DNA of 63,112 nucleotides, filler included, from Phoronis australis (lineage: Eukaryota; Animalia; Phoronida), in the NCBI GenBank assembly GCA_002633005.1. It is 11 parts of 11 records of this genome, joined end to end, with 100 filler letters (N's around TTAATTAATTAA, not from the genome) between each part and the next. Parts side by side here need not be neighbours in the genome. Positions count along the whole stretch, not along the records: positions 23,213 to 26,047 come from NMRA01003391.1; positions 26,148 to 37,159 come from NMRA01001722.1; positions 37,260 to 39,431 come from NMRA01003815.1; 8 more parts are not named here. The stretch is one strand, 5' to 3'. The position numbers were made by a program, and so were the translations under genes. Positions 24,801 to 38,294 of the stretch are shown here, piece by piece. Position 1 is the stretch's first letter, and each line of letters begins with the position of its first letter. The notes beneath the pieces are model-generated. The model did no database searches and was not told where the DNA came from. It saw nothing but the letters and a program-made list of their open reading frames with translations.

Positions 24801-26572
24801 ATTCCTATTAACTTACAAACTGTTTGCAGTGCAGTCTTGGCTGCATTTCAACACTCCACCTTGCTCTTGTTGTGAATGCTGTAAGTACTCTTGTCACCAT
24901 GTTAATAATGTTATTTTTTATTATTCTATCAACAATAAGCTTAAATGTATTGATATAACTTGTAAGTTGCATTACAGCAAAGAAATTCAAGCATCTCCAA
25001 AAACGGTTTCCTTGACAACGTCCTGCTTATACTGGATCCTTTACTTGGAATCCTGTCGGCATCAAGTTATGCAATCGGTTTCCATAACAACTCGCATCTC
25101 GAGATTGATGTGCATTTTCCTGATTGGTAAGTTTCTAGTAACTTAGTTATTATATTGCTCATCCACATCTGATTTTAGGGTATGTAGGACCCTCAAAAAT
25201 GTCCAAGTTTGGTCAACCTCGGAACATCATATTTCAGAAATCGGTGATCCATATGAAACTTTCTTATATTATGCACCGTTCTGTAAAAGTCTTTAAGGAA
25301 TTATTTTTGAAATTCCCCACTCTTGTGTGAATGGCTATCAAAATTAGGACTTTTATGAATTTCATTAAAAAACGCCATTGCGTTAAGCTAAAAGAAACTG
25401 CAAGACGTTTTTTTGAGATTTCGTCTTGAACATTGATTTCAAGCAACATTTGGTTATCTTATTCATACCGTAGTTTTTGCTATCAGTGTACCTTCCTTTT
25501 TTGCTAAATTTTACTAAAAAGATATGGTCATGTGACCCAATTAATGACAAATTTTACAGACTTTATACTTTCAGAGAAACATATAATACTTTTTGCAGTA
25601 AAAATTTGTAATTTTGTATATGTTTGGCTAAATATGCAGGCATGACAATAAGGGCCCACACAAGCTTAATATCTTGTCTGCAAGGTTCAACAATGTAATT
25701 TTGAAATGTTCTGTTGTATACCAGTTTATCAGGCTACCCGATCAAAAAGCTGACATACTCATGAACACAGGCAGTTCTGTGTTCATGAACAGCTCACAGA
25801 CCTACAAACTCAGTTCACCAACTCACAAGAAGTGCCCGCACTCACAAAACACGTTTTATGCACCCATAAAGCACAGCTCCTTGACCTCAAACACGGCTAA
25901 CTAAACACCTGTAGAGATGGCTTACGGATTCTTCGCTGAATTATGCACGTAATCCTTTAGACCTTAGGCATGTGAGTCATGTTTTGGGGTGTGTGAACTG
26001 TGTTTCACGAATCTGTGGCTGTGTTTGTGAGTCAGTGAGCTCAGTTTNNNNNNNNNNNNNNNNNNNNNNNNNNNNNNNNNNNNNNNNNNNNTTAATTAAT
26101 TAANNNNNNNNNNNNNNNNNNNNNNNNNNNNNNNNNNNNNNNNNNNNCCACTTAGCCGACCCAAGTGCCGACCACAGAGGCGACTCAGTAGACGGCTCCT
26201 AGCCGACCGTTGTTGGTCGGCTGCTAGTCGGCTAGACGACCGGTCGACGGCCGGTCGTCGACCAATTTCCGACCGGTCGGCCAAAAATTCGTGATGTGTG
26301 CTGTATGTTGCCAAGAGCTGGACAACTGTACAATGTATGTTGTCAGCAACTACTAAGTATGGGGTTGGTAAACTTTTCATTTTTTAAAAATTTTATTACA
26401 TAACTATTGTTAAATTCTACAGACAACATTCACTGTATCCAATATAAACTGCATGGTAATTACTTGAAATACAAGACAAATGTAACATGACAAGCTTCAC
26501 TTCAATTCTAAGAAAATGCCATGAGCGATATTGTTACCAAATGCTCATGAAATCTCTTCCTTTTATTTATAG

Positions 26573-26894
26573 TTCAGTTTTCGTGACAGTGTAGATAGAC
26601 GGTACATGTACAGGCACCAGTTTGTGATGGATCAGAATGACTTCTGCAAGAAGTTCAGGCGTCACACAGATTCAGCAGACTTTATGAACATATTATGTGC
26701 CAACACTAAAGTTAAGCGTGGTACTAAACGGTCAAGCTATGGCAGTCAAGGTACACCCAAAAGGTCCCTTGTTACAATGCCCGACAATGAAGAGTGTACA
26801 ACTACAACTTCATCCGCGGCAGAAACGACTACTGAAGAGCAATTACTGGTTGAGCAGCTCCCCATAGATCAAAGATGTCAGCATAAATATTTTG
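26573..26894 (+). CDS. Candidate internal exon, unknown gene or transposon ORF
   Basis: tttatAG acceptor, 107 open codons (FSFRDSVDRRYMYRHQF...QRCQHKYF), G|GTAAG donor. Confidence 0.4.
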
Positions 26895-28221
26895 GTAAGA
26901 AAAATGTCATTCTTGATATTCACAAATAGCTCATGCTATGAACATTCCCACTAAATAAAATTGGTTCTAACCCCGGTGGTTAAGGTAAACGGCGGGGTAT
27001 GGAAAATTGAACTAGACCGTATTTATCCACCTTGGCTGAGTCGCACTCGGCTCACGATCAAAGGGATGACGCCAGGCTGCTCTAGTCATCGAGTCACGAG
27101 CGAGGATAATTGGCTTCGCTCATTCGGATATGATCAGCTAATTACAATCTAGCTAGCAGACTGTACTTTTTATGGTGAGAGTTTTACGTAGTTTTTACTA
27201 TAATATTTGAAAATAGGAGCGAAAACAAATATGAGTACAACTTTGAATTTTTCAAATCGGCCCAGGATAAGAGATTTTGCAACACAGCAACACTCACGAT
27301 TACTTTCATTCGGCGCGCACTAATACAAAAATATAGGACCCAAGTTATTTAGATTCAGGAACACATGCATTGCAATATTCAAAATACTTTTATTATGAAT
27401 CTTCTTTCAAGCTGTAAAACGACGTTGTTAATGTCACTGTGTTCATTCATTGTCATCCATCAAATCGGCAATTTCCGAGATGTGATCTGCGGCGTGCGCG
27501 TATGTGTACAAAACAACGTGATTGTTATGTTCCTGAAGTACGAAAATTAAGAAGGCTTTAGCATGCCGTTATTATTGACAGGGACACGATAAAGCGAATT
27601 TGGATTTTAACTATAGTCTTGATACAGCGAGCTGGCTGACCACTGCGTCAGTGTCTCCGTTAGACCCAGAAATTTCACAAAGCCCGGGTAGTTCACCTCG
27701 TCCCCAAAATGTAGATCGAGCCTTGGACTATTAATACTCCCCTAACACCAGTCGTGGAGTGGAAATCGACTGTGTTGTTTCACAAGAGTTTGTCCCAACA
27801 ACACTAAATTAGCATGAGCTCACACAGCCTAGGTGTCCCGTCAACTAGTTTTATTGCACCTAAAGCCGGTAACGCAGTGATTTATTCATTGCGGGCTTCT
27901 CAAATCATTTGCACGCACGAACACTCCAAAACCATTACAAATTGCATCTAATGAGACAGATTTTTTCAGTTATATATAAGTATTGGTTAGGGTGAGAATA
28001 ATTCCTTTTAAAACAGAACGCTCAGTAATAAACATCAACATGGCAACTCGCAATCCCGACTTAGACGAGAGCTCATCAGTCGATCCCTACGAAGACTTCG
28101 CAGGTGGATCGTTAAGTTTTACAGGCTATCATTTCGAACAGGAATGGGGCAGTGCTGAAGAAATACAAGCTCAGACAACGGAACGTACGGATTGGATAGT
28201 TATTTGGTAAGCCGGCATTCG

Positions 28222-28412
28222 TCAGGCACTGTCGTCGACTGCATGGAGATGTTTCACGGCCTCATACTTGCTATTTACTGCGTACTTTTCATTCTTCACT
28301 ACCACGAGCCACTTCCTAAGCATTTCGGTCTCTCGAGGAAGTCCAAAAACGATATACCCGCTTTCCTTACGGCTGCATAGTTCGGACAAGCGGGAACAAC
28401 GCACCGCAACAT
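28222..28412 (-). pseudogene. Frameshifted THAP-domain fragment
   Basis: MLRCVVPACPN...GISF, then a frameshift to FGLPRETEMLRKWLVVVK; this matches the THAP C-x4-C...FP...W pattern. Confidence 0.65.
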
Positions 28413-28634
28413 AGCGGCATTCACTCTACAGAAAAACCAGTGACGTCGCTAGCGTAGTTCTCACCTTCCTTACAAGTTAACGCGACACCTCTTGGCAAGG
28501 TAAGTTGACTGATGTGAGGCGATGTGGATATAAACCGATTAAGACGGCAAATAAACAACACAAGCTGGCACACCAGTTGGCTAGTTTATCTTTACTTACT
28601 CCTGTTTTGACGTGCGTAATTGCGTGACCTCAAT

Positions 28635-28818
28635 ATGGCGCTCCCCAAAAATTCGGCTGTTTCCGTATTGGAGTCTGCTACTGATGAGAGTTCACTTGGG
28701 TACATTGTGACCTATTTCGATGGTATTATGCTCACTCAAGTACTGAAGGTCCTCTTCATTCAAGTTTTCATCTGGGGAAGGTTGGATGAAAACAGAGGAG
28801 ATGACAATATCGATGACA
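28635..28818 (+). CDS. Candidate first coding exon, unknown protein
   Basis: caatATGGCG start context, 61 open codons (MALPKNSAVSVLES...DDNIDD), strong GTAAGT donor. No homology recognised. Confidence 0.3.
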
Positions 28819-28937
28819 GTAAGTTGTAACACCTTATATAAATGTTACCGTTCTCCAACGTTACCAAGAACCCTGCCTTTTTCAGTTCTTGTTCCTGGAT
28901 TCAGAAGTAACCCTGAACCATAGGAAAAAAGACGTAC

Positions 28938-30389
28938 CAGGGCTCAACACTAACGGTTGCCCGATTGCCCGTGTACATGTAGATTTTGCGTCGGGCAAGT
29001 GGAATTTGAAAAGTACTTGCCCGATGGGCAAGTTAAAAAGCTGGCCGTATAGGCAAGCAGATCCTAAGATTGTCTGCTTGACATTTGCTCCGACGTAACG
29101 AACCCCGACACAAGCCTAAAAATCATCGAAAAAAGCTCGTGTGGCCGTCAAAGAAACTCCGTCTTCGAATGAGCACCGAAAGGAAAATAGAACGAGTGTT
29201 ATGCAGCATGCACAGATGACACCCGCGGTCAAATCCTTTCGATTCTCTGAGCGTGCCCTGCAGTTTCTGAATAAGTTGTCACGTGATACTACTGATCGTC
29301 TGCACTCTGGCAAAACGTCCAAACAAGGAAGCCGTCCAGATGCTAAAAAAACGAGTTCAGGAAGAATTAAAGCAACAATATGAAACGAAAAGAGTGCGGG
29401 GATGGTTTCCGTCATGGGACGTTAGGTTTCCTGGCCTGCGAGACAGTGAACAAGGGATGACGTATGATTTTTGCCGGCGTTTACCCATGGCATGTACCGA
29501 GCTGGAAGCACTGCGTTCGTCGGCGGATGTAAGTCATACAGATAAGCGCAAAAGCTAAAAAGTGAATGATTGACCACATATTTTCTACACTACACAGCAG
29601 TTTTAAAGGCCTGGTTTTTATTCAGGGGGAATTCCAAAGGAAAATCTTATGAATTCCCGGCTCCCGCTGGCGACTCCCGAAAGAAGAGGAATANACACTA
29701 CACGGCAGTTTTAAAGGCCTGGTATTTATTCAGGGGGAATTCCAAAGGAAAATCTTATGAATTCCCGGCTACCGCTGGCGACTCCCGAAAGAAGAGGAAT
29801 ACGGTCTTCATGATTGTCGCTCTGAAGGGTGACTTTTTCGCGGCCTATCTATTTTTCAAAAATGTAATTATTTATTGAAAATAAAAGTATATGTGGCATT
29901 ATTATAATAATGTTAAAATTTGATTTTAATTTAATACAAGGTTCAGATGACCAAAACTGTGCAAGATTTTTACGGATAGCAAAAATTCAAATTCAGGTTA
30001 AGCAAAGTTTAATGCATCAGGGCGTATAAACTAATGAAAACACAGAAGTGTCTAGAGTTCATGTCCTAGCTCATTTCGGCGCCTGTGAACGTGAGACAAT
30101 GGTTTTGATACCATAGTTACTCTTCTAATTTGTCTCTCTAACGTTTTGACACACTTTATAAATAAATGTTCTATAAGAAGAATCGTTAAAAAATAGCAAC
30201 TCATAGCATGCACAACACAAGAGGAGGCTCAGCGCAGGCAGCCCTACGGTAACGCATTACCTAGGTGTGCACATGCACGGTGCTATTTGGGATTGTACTT
30301 GGGGCAAGTGAATTTGTTGTTCGGGCAAGTAAAAATTTCAACTACTTGCCCGAAGAGCAAGTGGCTTAAAAAGTTAATGTTGAGCCCTG
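28938..30389 (+). mobile_element. hAT-like deletion derivative with transposase N-terminal remnant
   Basis: TIR CAGGGCTCAACA/TGTTGAGCCCTG and subterminal TTGCCCG/CGGGCAA motifs. Internal YETKRVRGWFPSWDVRFPGLRDSEQGMTYDFCRR resembles the zinc-finger N-terminus of ZNF862-type hAT transposases. No matching TSD. Confidence 0.75.
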
Positions 30390-30594
30390 TAAAGTCAGTG
30401 AGATCACAAGGTGTTGCCAAATATGCTGTGTACAATCTTTAGCAGGCACTTGAGTGTTCATTTGAAGCTAGCATCGCCTTATAAAGTCAATGAGATCACA
30501 AGGTGTTGCCAAATATGCTGTGTACAATCTTTAGCAGGCACTTGAGTGTTCATTTGAAGCTAGCATCGTCTTATAAAGTCAGTGAGATCACAAG
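30390..30594. repeat. 92-bp tandem repeat (~2.2 copies)
   Basis: TAAAGTCARTGAGATCACAAG at 30390, 30482 and 30574. Confidence 0.9.
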
Positions 30595-30748
30595 CTCTAT
30601 TTAACTACTCCTACTCATTGCAAGATATTTACTGAGTGACCGAACTCTACAACCATGCTAACTTTAAGTAAAATGTATGGCATGGTCACAATGACTCAGT
30701 GGTCAGAGTGCATGGTTAATAACGTGAGATCCGGTCTTCTGTTCTTAG

Positions 30749-30840
30749 GTCAGGACAAACTTGCTAAAAAAGCTGAAATAATTAGGCAGAAAACTAGAAT
30801 GCTTCCAGAATTAATCTTTGTGATTGGGTACTTTGGCACT
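30749..30840 (+). CDS. Candidate internal exon, unknown protein
   Basis: Polypyrimidine tract + ttAG acceptor, single open frame QDKLAKKAEIIRQKTRMLPELIFVIGYFGT, weak GTAAAC donor. Confidence 0.3.
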
Positions 30841-31009
30841 GTAAACAAATTGCCCTTCTGCTGACGTTTACTGTACATTTCCCAGTATATATTGAGATCA
30901 GTGACATACATATAACATTTTGGTTTGGTGCGTGACCTTTTTCAAGGAGCAGTAATACAGTGGGTTGTAAAGATATCTTGTTTGGTTCAACTGACTGGTT
31001 CTCTCCCAG

Positions 31010-31138
31010 GTGTCATCTGGAAGCAGGGCTACACTGGACACTGGGGACCAGTTTGTAAAGACAGCCTATCACGAGCAGCTGCTGGCAGACATGATGATGT
31101 CACACATGGTGAAGGATTTTTGCATTATTGGACCGAAG
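31010..31138 (+). CDS. VWA8: Isolated exon homologous to VWA8 (segment just before the second AAA Walker A motif)
   Basis: ctcccAG / GTTAGT boundaries, 129 nt, phase 0-0. Reads VSSGSRATLDTGDQFVKTAYHEQLLADMMMSHMVKDFCIIGPK versus recalled human VPAGTRLLSQPCASDRFIQTLSHKQLQAEMMQSHMVKDICLIGGK. Confidence 0.85.
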
Positions 31139-31772
31139 GTTAGTTTGACGAATCTGCTTCATGGGAATATTGGGTCTGTGGTTTGATGATATGCCAGCCT
31201 AAGAAATATTAAGTCCTTTAATATTAGGGTAAAATAAATTTAGCATGCACTGAAAACAAATATGTGGTCTTTTACTGCTCTCGTTTTACACACTGCTTAC
31301 AAAATGATATGACTGTGAGCTGTGACATGCTTGAAATAGTTACTTCATGAATGTTAATGAAGTTANATGAAATGAGTGTGTAACCTGCTGTTGAATTGCG
31401 AGATAGATTTTGACTGGTCCGGGTGGTTATTTATGAAGTATTGATGTGATCTTTATTTACGTTAAAGGTTTTACCAGCGTTCTATTTATTTGTGCACGAA
31501 TGTGAATTTGTTGAAATCGCTGATCCAAATCCTGGCCAAATGTGCGCATTCTGCTGAGACCAACCGTCTGATCAGGGCCAGCGAAGAGTAATTTGGTTAA
31601 TTCGCTCACTAGGCTATGGCTGAACTTCCTCGTAAGGACAAGAGTTTACGAGTCACTACCTTTGGAAGAAATTTAGCAGATAATTTTCGTCAAAAAGTTT
31701 ACCAGACAGTTTTCATCAAAACGGAGAAAACAAAAATGGATTTGTGAAGACAGGATTAAGAAGTAGAGTCTC

Positions 31773-31967
31773 TTAAAAACATTCATCTTCGAAGTGCCTT
31801 GAACAATTGTATAAAGTCTTATTGCTGAAACAACTGCCATTCACGTTGACACAAGAAGTAAGGTTTTCTTCCATCAGCCGATTATGGGGTCTTCGGATGG
31901 TATGGAAGCTAATTCCTTTGCATTTCGCGTGTGTGGCCGAACAACCGGCCACACAATAGCCGACCAT
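31773..31967 (-). pseudogene. Degenerate THAP-domain fragment
   Basis: MVGYCVAGCS...GISFH...YNCSRHFEDECF carries the C2CH THAP signature. Confidence 0.75.
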
Positions 31968-33036
31968 TATTAGCAGACGACGTACTTGCCGGAAATTGCA
32001 CCAGAAAACTTAGCCAGGTATCGCCCGTGAATAATGACGTAAGGGCTTGTGCGTAAGGTCACAGATTTCGTCAACGCCAGAAATATCTGACATAGGCAGA
32101 GCGCATGCGCAGCCAGCAGCTAACTATTCCCCCACAGAAATACACACAAGAAGGGGTTTTCCGAGGAATTTTGATTTAGGGGAGACAACTCTGCAATTTG
32201 CCGATAGCTAGCGAGAAAAACATAGATCTAAGGATTCATTATGCTGAATATTGGAAAGATTGGTGAAGATTTTTCGGTGTCCATTGAAGTTTGAAGTTTG
32301 TCCATGTTGATGGTCACAGCCAATCGCCCGGAAGGCAATATTTGAGCCCAAACCCATTTTCAAATCAAATCTGTGGAGAGCATAATTCAGTTCCTTTGTT
32401 TGCCGATAGCGGAGGTCACGAACAGTGTGACCTAGATATCACAAATGCTGTTTTCGAACGAATTTTCTGAAAAAAACCGGTGTCCACCAGGGTGTTGAAA
32501 ACGTGTTTGCGGCCAAAAATGTAAAAAGCAGTCACTTAAAGTTTCGTGGTCTGTAGTGCGATTTGCAAGCTCTAATGACGAAGATTTAGCCCGGAATGAT
32601 TATGTTAATTCCCAGTAGTGCAACAAGAAGCGGCAGTCGGTCATGTATTCTGCTAAAAAAATGAATTCTGAAATTATTGCACATAGATGATATAGCACTT
32701 CATGAGACGCAGCTAGGTTAAGGTTGTACTAGGCTTTTTAACATTATATTGCTGTTTTTAATTTATGCTGTGTTGAAGGTATCACATTTATTAAAAAAGA
32801 ACTCATAGACGGATCCATGGAATTGAGATGATGGGGGCCCCCGACCTCAATTTCCGAAGGATAAACTTTCATAATAGTCTTGCAAGGGCCGTGACGTCAA
32901 TTTTTGTAGGACAAACCCTCGTGAGTTCCCTGAAAACGAAAGGTCGGCGCTATTTTTATCGTGTGTAAAATGAGGGAGCCCTGGGCCCCCTCGGACCCCC
33001 CTACATCCATCTATGCAGCGTACCGCCACGGTTTGA

Positions 33037-33164
33037 TAGGCGGATCCAGGGGGGTCAAAGGGTTTCGGATCCCTTTTTCCCTTGATTTTAGTTATGTAAA
33101 ATCTAGAATTTTCGAATTGTTGACTTGGACCCCTTTTTTAAAAAAAAACCTGGATCCACCCCTG
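33037..33164. mobile_element. Short GGCGGATCC-type MITE
   Basis: ATAGGCGGATCCAGG ... CCTGGATCCACCCCTG inverted ends; related short elements at ~32805-33015, ~45716-45875 and ~52392. Confidence 0.55.
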
Positions 33165-36100
33165 CATTTGGTTTCAAAACAGACTGTGCTGGTGAGTGTA
33201 CAGATAAATAACATGGAACAAAATTTTATCATTCCTGAATTAGTAGTAGGTATCAGAAATGGCTAAGGATTTCAGGAACTGAAAACGACATGGCAATGCC
33301 ATGCATTTTTATCGTGTGTGAAAGGGAAGCCTAAATCCACTTATGCAGTGGAAAGTTTGGTTTCAAAACAGATTGCGCCGGTAAATGTACAAGTAAATAA
33401 TATGGAATGGACTTTCCAGCTACAGAAACAGGAGTTCATATAATAGCCACAAAAAAATCAAATGGGTAATTTTTGTTCAAAACTTTATTTTTTATAACGC
33501 TAAAAATACAAAATGCCACCAATGCTGCTTTAAATAGCAGTGTTCAGATTTAAATACTAAATGACTAGAATGGAAGATTTAGCCAGTTCATATGACATGT
33601 TTGCATGCAATAAGAGATTGTTGTGAAAACAGCAACATCACTTAGCACGAAATGAACATCATAAATGAATACAAAAAATGCAAATGTTAAAAATTTCTAC
33701 CACGAGGAATAACTAAATTTCAACACATGTGAAAATAATCATAAGAGATCAAGTAAAAAAATAAAATCTAGTGTAAAATATATCAGCACTACTTCCATAC
33801 AACTCTAACTTTTGCACGGTGTCATAGATGACATCTGATGCACTTCAAAAATGAAAAATAAAACAAACATATTCATGCGAGCCCTCGACACACGCGAAAA
33901 TGCCTGCTCGAAAATACGAGTGACCGCAAATTCTGCACTCGTGTTCCCGGATTTGGACTCGCAAAAGTGACGACCTAAAAAAATGCTGAACGTTCGCTCC
34001 GTACCTGTTAGATTATGCGGGTGAGGTCAATTTCCCATTAATACTCAACTTTTTAAATCGTATTTTCGAGCATGTACACACTTAATTATGTCTAGCCCTG
34101 CATGCAATGAATATAGTGTTGGGATAATACCAACTTTACCCTAGCTAAGATTGGAATCTTCTACCAATGGTCACTACAATACTGCGAAAAGTGCTCTTTT
34201 TGACCGCCTCTTGATTTTGAGAGGGAGCAATAGCTTGGTGTACAGAGGGGCAAAGTCTGGTGTTAAAGGCACTCTGGTTCCCAACTGCAGTCTCTCTGGC
34301 GAAAGTAAAAGGTCCAGCCAACCTAAAAATAAAAGCAACGTATCAGCAGCAGAATCTCCAGATTTATAGAATAAATCAACCAGATCGGCATTTTGTTAGT
34401 CTGAATAGAAATTAAATTGTTTTGCAGCATAATGCCATAATGCTGAACTATAAAGACACTCTACTTATATTTTAAGCCTGATGACTGAGGTCAGACAGCT
34501 GTGCTTGTGTTGCAAGTTTAATAGTACATACTTGCAGAAATGAATTCGTTGAGTGGGAAAGTGTAACAGACGTAATCAGGCTATATTAAAACACATTTCA
34601 CAGACCATTGCAACTATAAAATAGTTAATAATAAATCGACAGTAAATCATATTAAGTAATTGTGTGCAGCAACAACTCGGTTGGTCAGTCACTGAATCAG
34701 CTGAGCTGTGCTACACCAGCTATGCCTGGCATGTTTATACTCACTGTTTTCGATTTTCCTCAAGCCATGACACGTTCAACTTGCCGAAATTCCTCGCCCA
34801 CAGTTTTGACGTGCTTCGGTAGTTTAGATTCTGTGATATCAATATCAGATTCCACCAAACTTTTAAGTTAATTTCAATTCTTGTCGATCACCTCCTTCGT
34901 GAGTGTAAACGCAAAACAAGGGAACTGACCTCTGACCTAGACTGTGATTGGCAAACAGTCACACGACGATCGCCACCTCGCGGATGGCCTAGTTCACGAA
35001 TTTCTGGTGATGTCCATTGAAAGTATATGGAGTTGGCGGTCCATATACTATGGTCTATGACAGCATAGATTATAGACAACAGATTCGCAACTCCGGCATA
35101 TTCTTACGAGCTGAGTTGAACTCTCCTGACCTATCTGCTGNTAAGCTTATACTAATAGAATTTCTGAATTCCTCGTCAAATGCTGATCATGTTCCATTTT
35201 TGAATCACCAAAATCGCTTAACTAGAACAGAATTTAAGACAATCTATTCTGTCCAAACGGATTACCAACGCACTGGGTTTGACTGTGTTCTGAATACGCG
35301 TTCGGTAATAGCGTGCAACTACTAAACGTTTCCTCTGAAGCCTGGGAGATTATTGGCCTGCTTATTATCACACGGGACAAAAGATTGAGCTGGGCAGTTA
35401 ACAAAAGAGCCAGATGTTATCTTACGTTCAGCATCCCTCACGTCTGGAAAATTACTGAGTGAACGCTGTAATGTGACCGTAACCAATATTATAGTAGTAG
35501 ATTATGGAGCAAAAATTAACATGCCAATTGTGGTTCTCAAGTCGAGAAATCATTCCTAATTAAAGCAAGGAATAGAATGAGACTAGTTGTGCAATAGTAA
35601 CTAAGTAACTTTTTACAAAATTAATATCAATATCAACAAAATTAAATAGGCTGATTAACTGTGAAAAACTGGTCACAAATTTTCCGTTGTCATAACAGCA
35701 AACGGGTTATACCATGGAGCGGAACCCATGTCTGTGTCAAAACTTAGAAGTTGTGACAGTTTGAGTGCTTTGAAATTCACAGCTATGACGATTTTAGTTA
35801 GTTCTCTTGGAATGGAGATCACGTTCTCTCATAGGATTTGGAAGAGTTTGATAGAGTAGTGCGTAATTTGTGTTTTAAGTACGTCAATGAGTACCGTCAG
35901 AGGTCCTAAAGTCGTGAGTGCCCTAAAGTCGTGAACGATCTTATTTCCTTTTCTGCGCGGTCCTGCGACATCTGGCGTTGAAGTTTCCAGCGTTCGTCTG
36001 CTTACGAACGTCAAACGAATACCCAGGCGTGTTCGTATTCACAATATGATAACAAACAGTGAGTGAGTGGCTTCTTTTTTCAAATGTATCTTAAAAACAG

Positions 36101-37744
36101 TACTTTTCACTAATTCCCTTTTTTTGTGCATATTTGGGATATATTTTCGAAAATATTTACGTTCAGATTTACTCACACACGCGCTCCAGAGGTAGCTTGA
36201 ACAATGTATCAAAATGTCCCAGGGTCGATCAAGTTTTGTAAGGCCAAAACAATAAAATACAGAACGATAATTGATGCTGGGTTCTTAGCGTTTTATGTGA
36301 ACAACCTCATTGAAAACGCCTGTGAACATCAAAGTTGGGTGAAAAACTTATTACAATTTATTTCAATTGAAACTGAATTAATAAACAATGCAATGCATTT
36401 TATGTCATTTAGAGTAACTGTAAGCACTGTAGTTGACTTGTGTCAAAGATTTTATTGCTTGTGTGGTCATACTTCGTGCATTTCCGTCTAAACGAAACGT
36501 TCACGACTTTAGGGCTTCCTTCAAAATGGCCGGCGATATCAGCGACAGTTTTAAAACTCTGCTTACGGATACAAACAAGGATTAAGATTGTCAAAACACG
36601 TATATTTGTGAAGGCTGATACATGTCCATGACACATGAGCAGTTGGAAACGGGCACTGAGTAGTATGACAATCAACTGCTTATTATGCTTATATTCACGA
36701 CTTTAAGTCACCGGTGTATACATATAGGAAATGCCCATTTGATGGCAGTCGTCACAGCGACAAGTCAAATTACCGTTAGATCACTACAGTAGCAACCAAG
36801 CTGTATCTCTTCTCAGTTCTTTTTAACTGTTTATCTCTTCTAACAGAAAGTACAAGGAATGATACACGTCACGGCCCGCACACCGAACACAGTAAATGCA
36901 GACAGTACATATGTCCCGCAGACAGTATTTACCAAAATACTGGAGGACAGAGTAATGAAACTACATATTCGCACACATCTGCCTATACCAGTAAAACAAA
37001 CGTACATGAATTCGATCGAAAGAAAAACAAGTCCCAGGGGGATTCAGCGTTTTGAGTAACGAGGGGCCAGGGCAGAGTATTAGCCAAGATTTTGCCCGTC
37101 AGGCATTCGCAACCCCCAACTGCCAAATGTAATCTTGGAGAATTTTAGGGGGGGGGGGGNNNNNNNNNNNNNNNNNNNNNNNNNNNNNNNNNNNNNNNNN
37201 NNNTTAATTAATTAANNNNNNNNNNNNNNNNNNNNNNNNNNNNNNNNNNNNNNNNNNNNCTGATTATCTTGCTGATTTCAGCCCATAATATAACATTCTA
37301 CTTATTTAGTGATTGGCTAATAAAAACCACATGATCATATCCACTCATATTATAGGCAGTTACAATTTGCTCTCAGAATATTCTAGAATCTCTAGAGTAC
37401 TTTGACCCCAGAACCCAAAGTTGTAAACACCATCTAAAAAGAATTTGACGTTAAAATACATGTCAACAAGTCTGACCCCATGATTTAAAAGTACATATGC
37501 ACAAATTTTGGGCAACTTAAAATGGATCTATTCTTACTAATTACTTAATCAATATTTATTCTGACACTGTCTTATAGTTAACTTTGAAGTCTGAAATCGG
37601 GTAATTTACCGACGTGGATTTTACACAGAGGCAGATATGGAGCACCGTGACCTACTTTTTGATTGCCCTCCCTAATAACAGCGAGCAGCTGATGGGAGTG
37701 CTCGACTTGTACCGTGTGCGCCTACACTACTACGCTTTAGCAAT

Positions 37745-38294
37745 TGTTGTAGCTGTGCTTCCAGTGAATCATATATGAGCCTCTGTTAGCTACTTGCTAA
37801 CGGGCAACTGCTTATTAGCTGAATGGTTAGCACGCTTGCTGGTTTTATGGGGTTCCTGGTTCGATCCCCGTGTCGGGTAATCTCGGCTATTACTACAGAT
37901 GGCGTAATTGTCAAACGGATGATCTACCGATGAAGCACTGCCAACTAGTACCCGCGGACTTCGGGGCGGCGTGCATGGAAGGTTGCAGGAGTCAAGGACC
38001 TGTGTATGAGAGTCAGGCTACCCTGTGTTCACCTGTGTGTTGTGGTGGTAAAAGTACCAACGATGATGACCTACGTATGGGAGACATCCTGGTGTTCCAC
38101 CTTTCTGGTGGCGTGCCCGTTCCGTAGGAAAGGGGGGAATGTTGTAGACGTGCTTCCGGTGAATCATATATGAGCCTCTGTTAGCTACTCGCTAACGGGC
38201 AATTGCCTATTAGCTGAACGGTTAGCACGCTTGCCGGTTTTTTATGGGGTTGCTGGTTCGATCCCCGGGTCGGGTAATCTCGGCTATTACTATA
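37745..38294 (+). mobile_element. Same TRIM family, full copy 2 (more diverged)
   Basis: LTRs 37745-37897 and 38140-38294, degenerate PBS TGGCGTAATTGTCA at 37900, same PPT. Flanks CAAT/GTTG do not match. Confidence 0.92.

Noticed and set aside
29587-29800. ~107-bp tandem duplication separated by a single N
   Set aside because: Likely an unmerged contig or haplotype overlap at an assembly junction.
30749-30840. Weak resemblance of KAEIIRQKTRMLPELIFVI to the FANCI C-terminal RETKPIPNLIFAI motif
   Set aside because: Too short and gapped to assign by eye.
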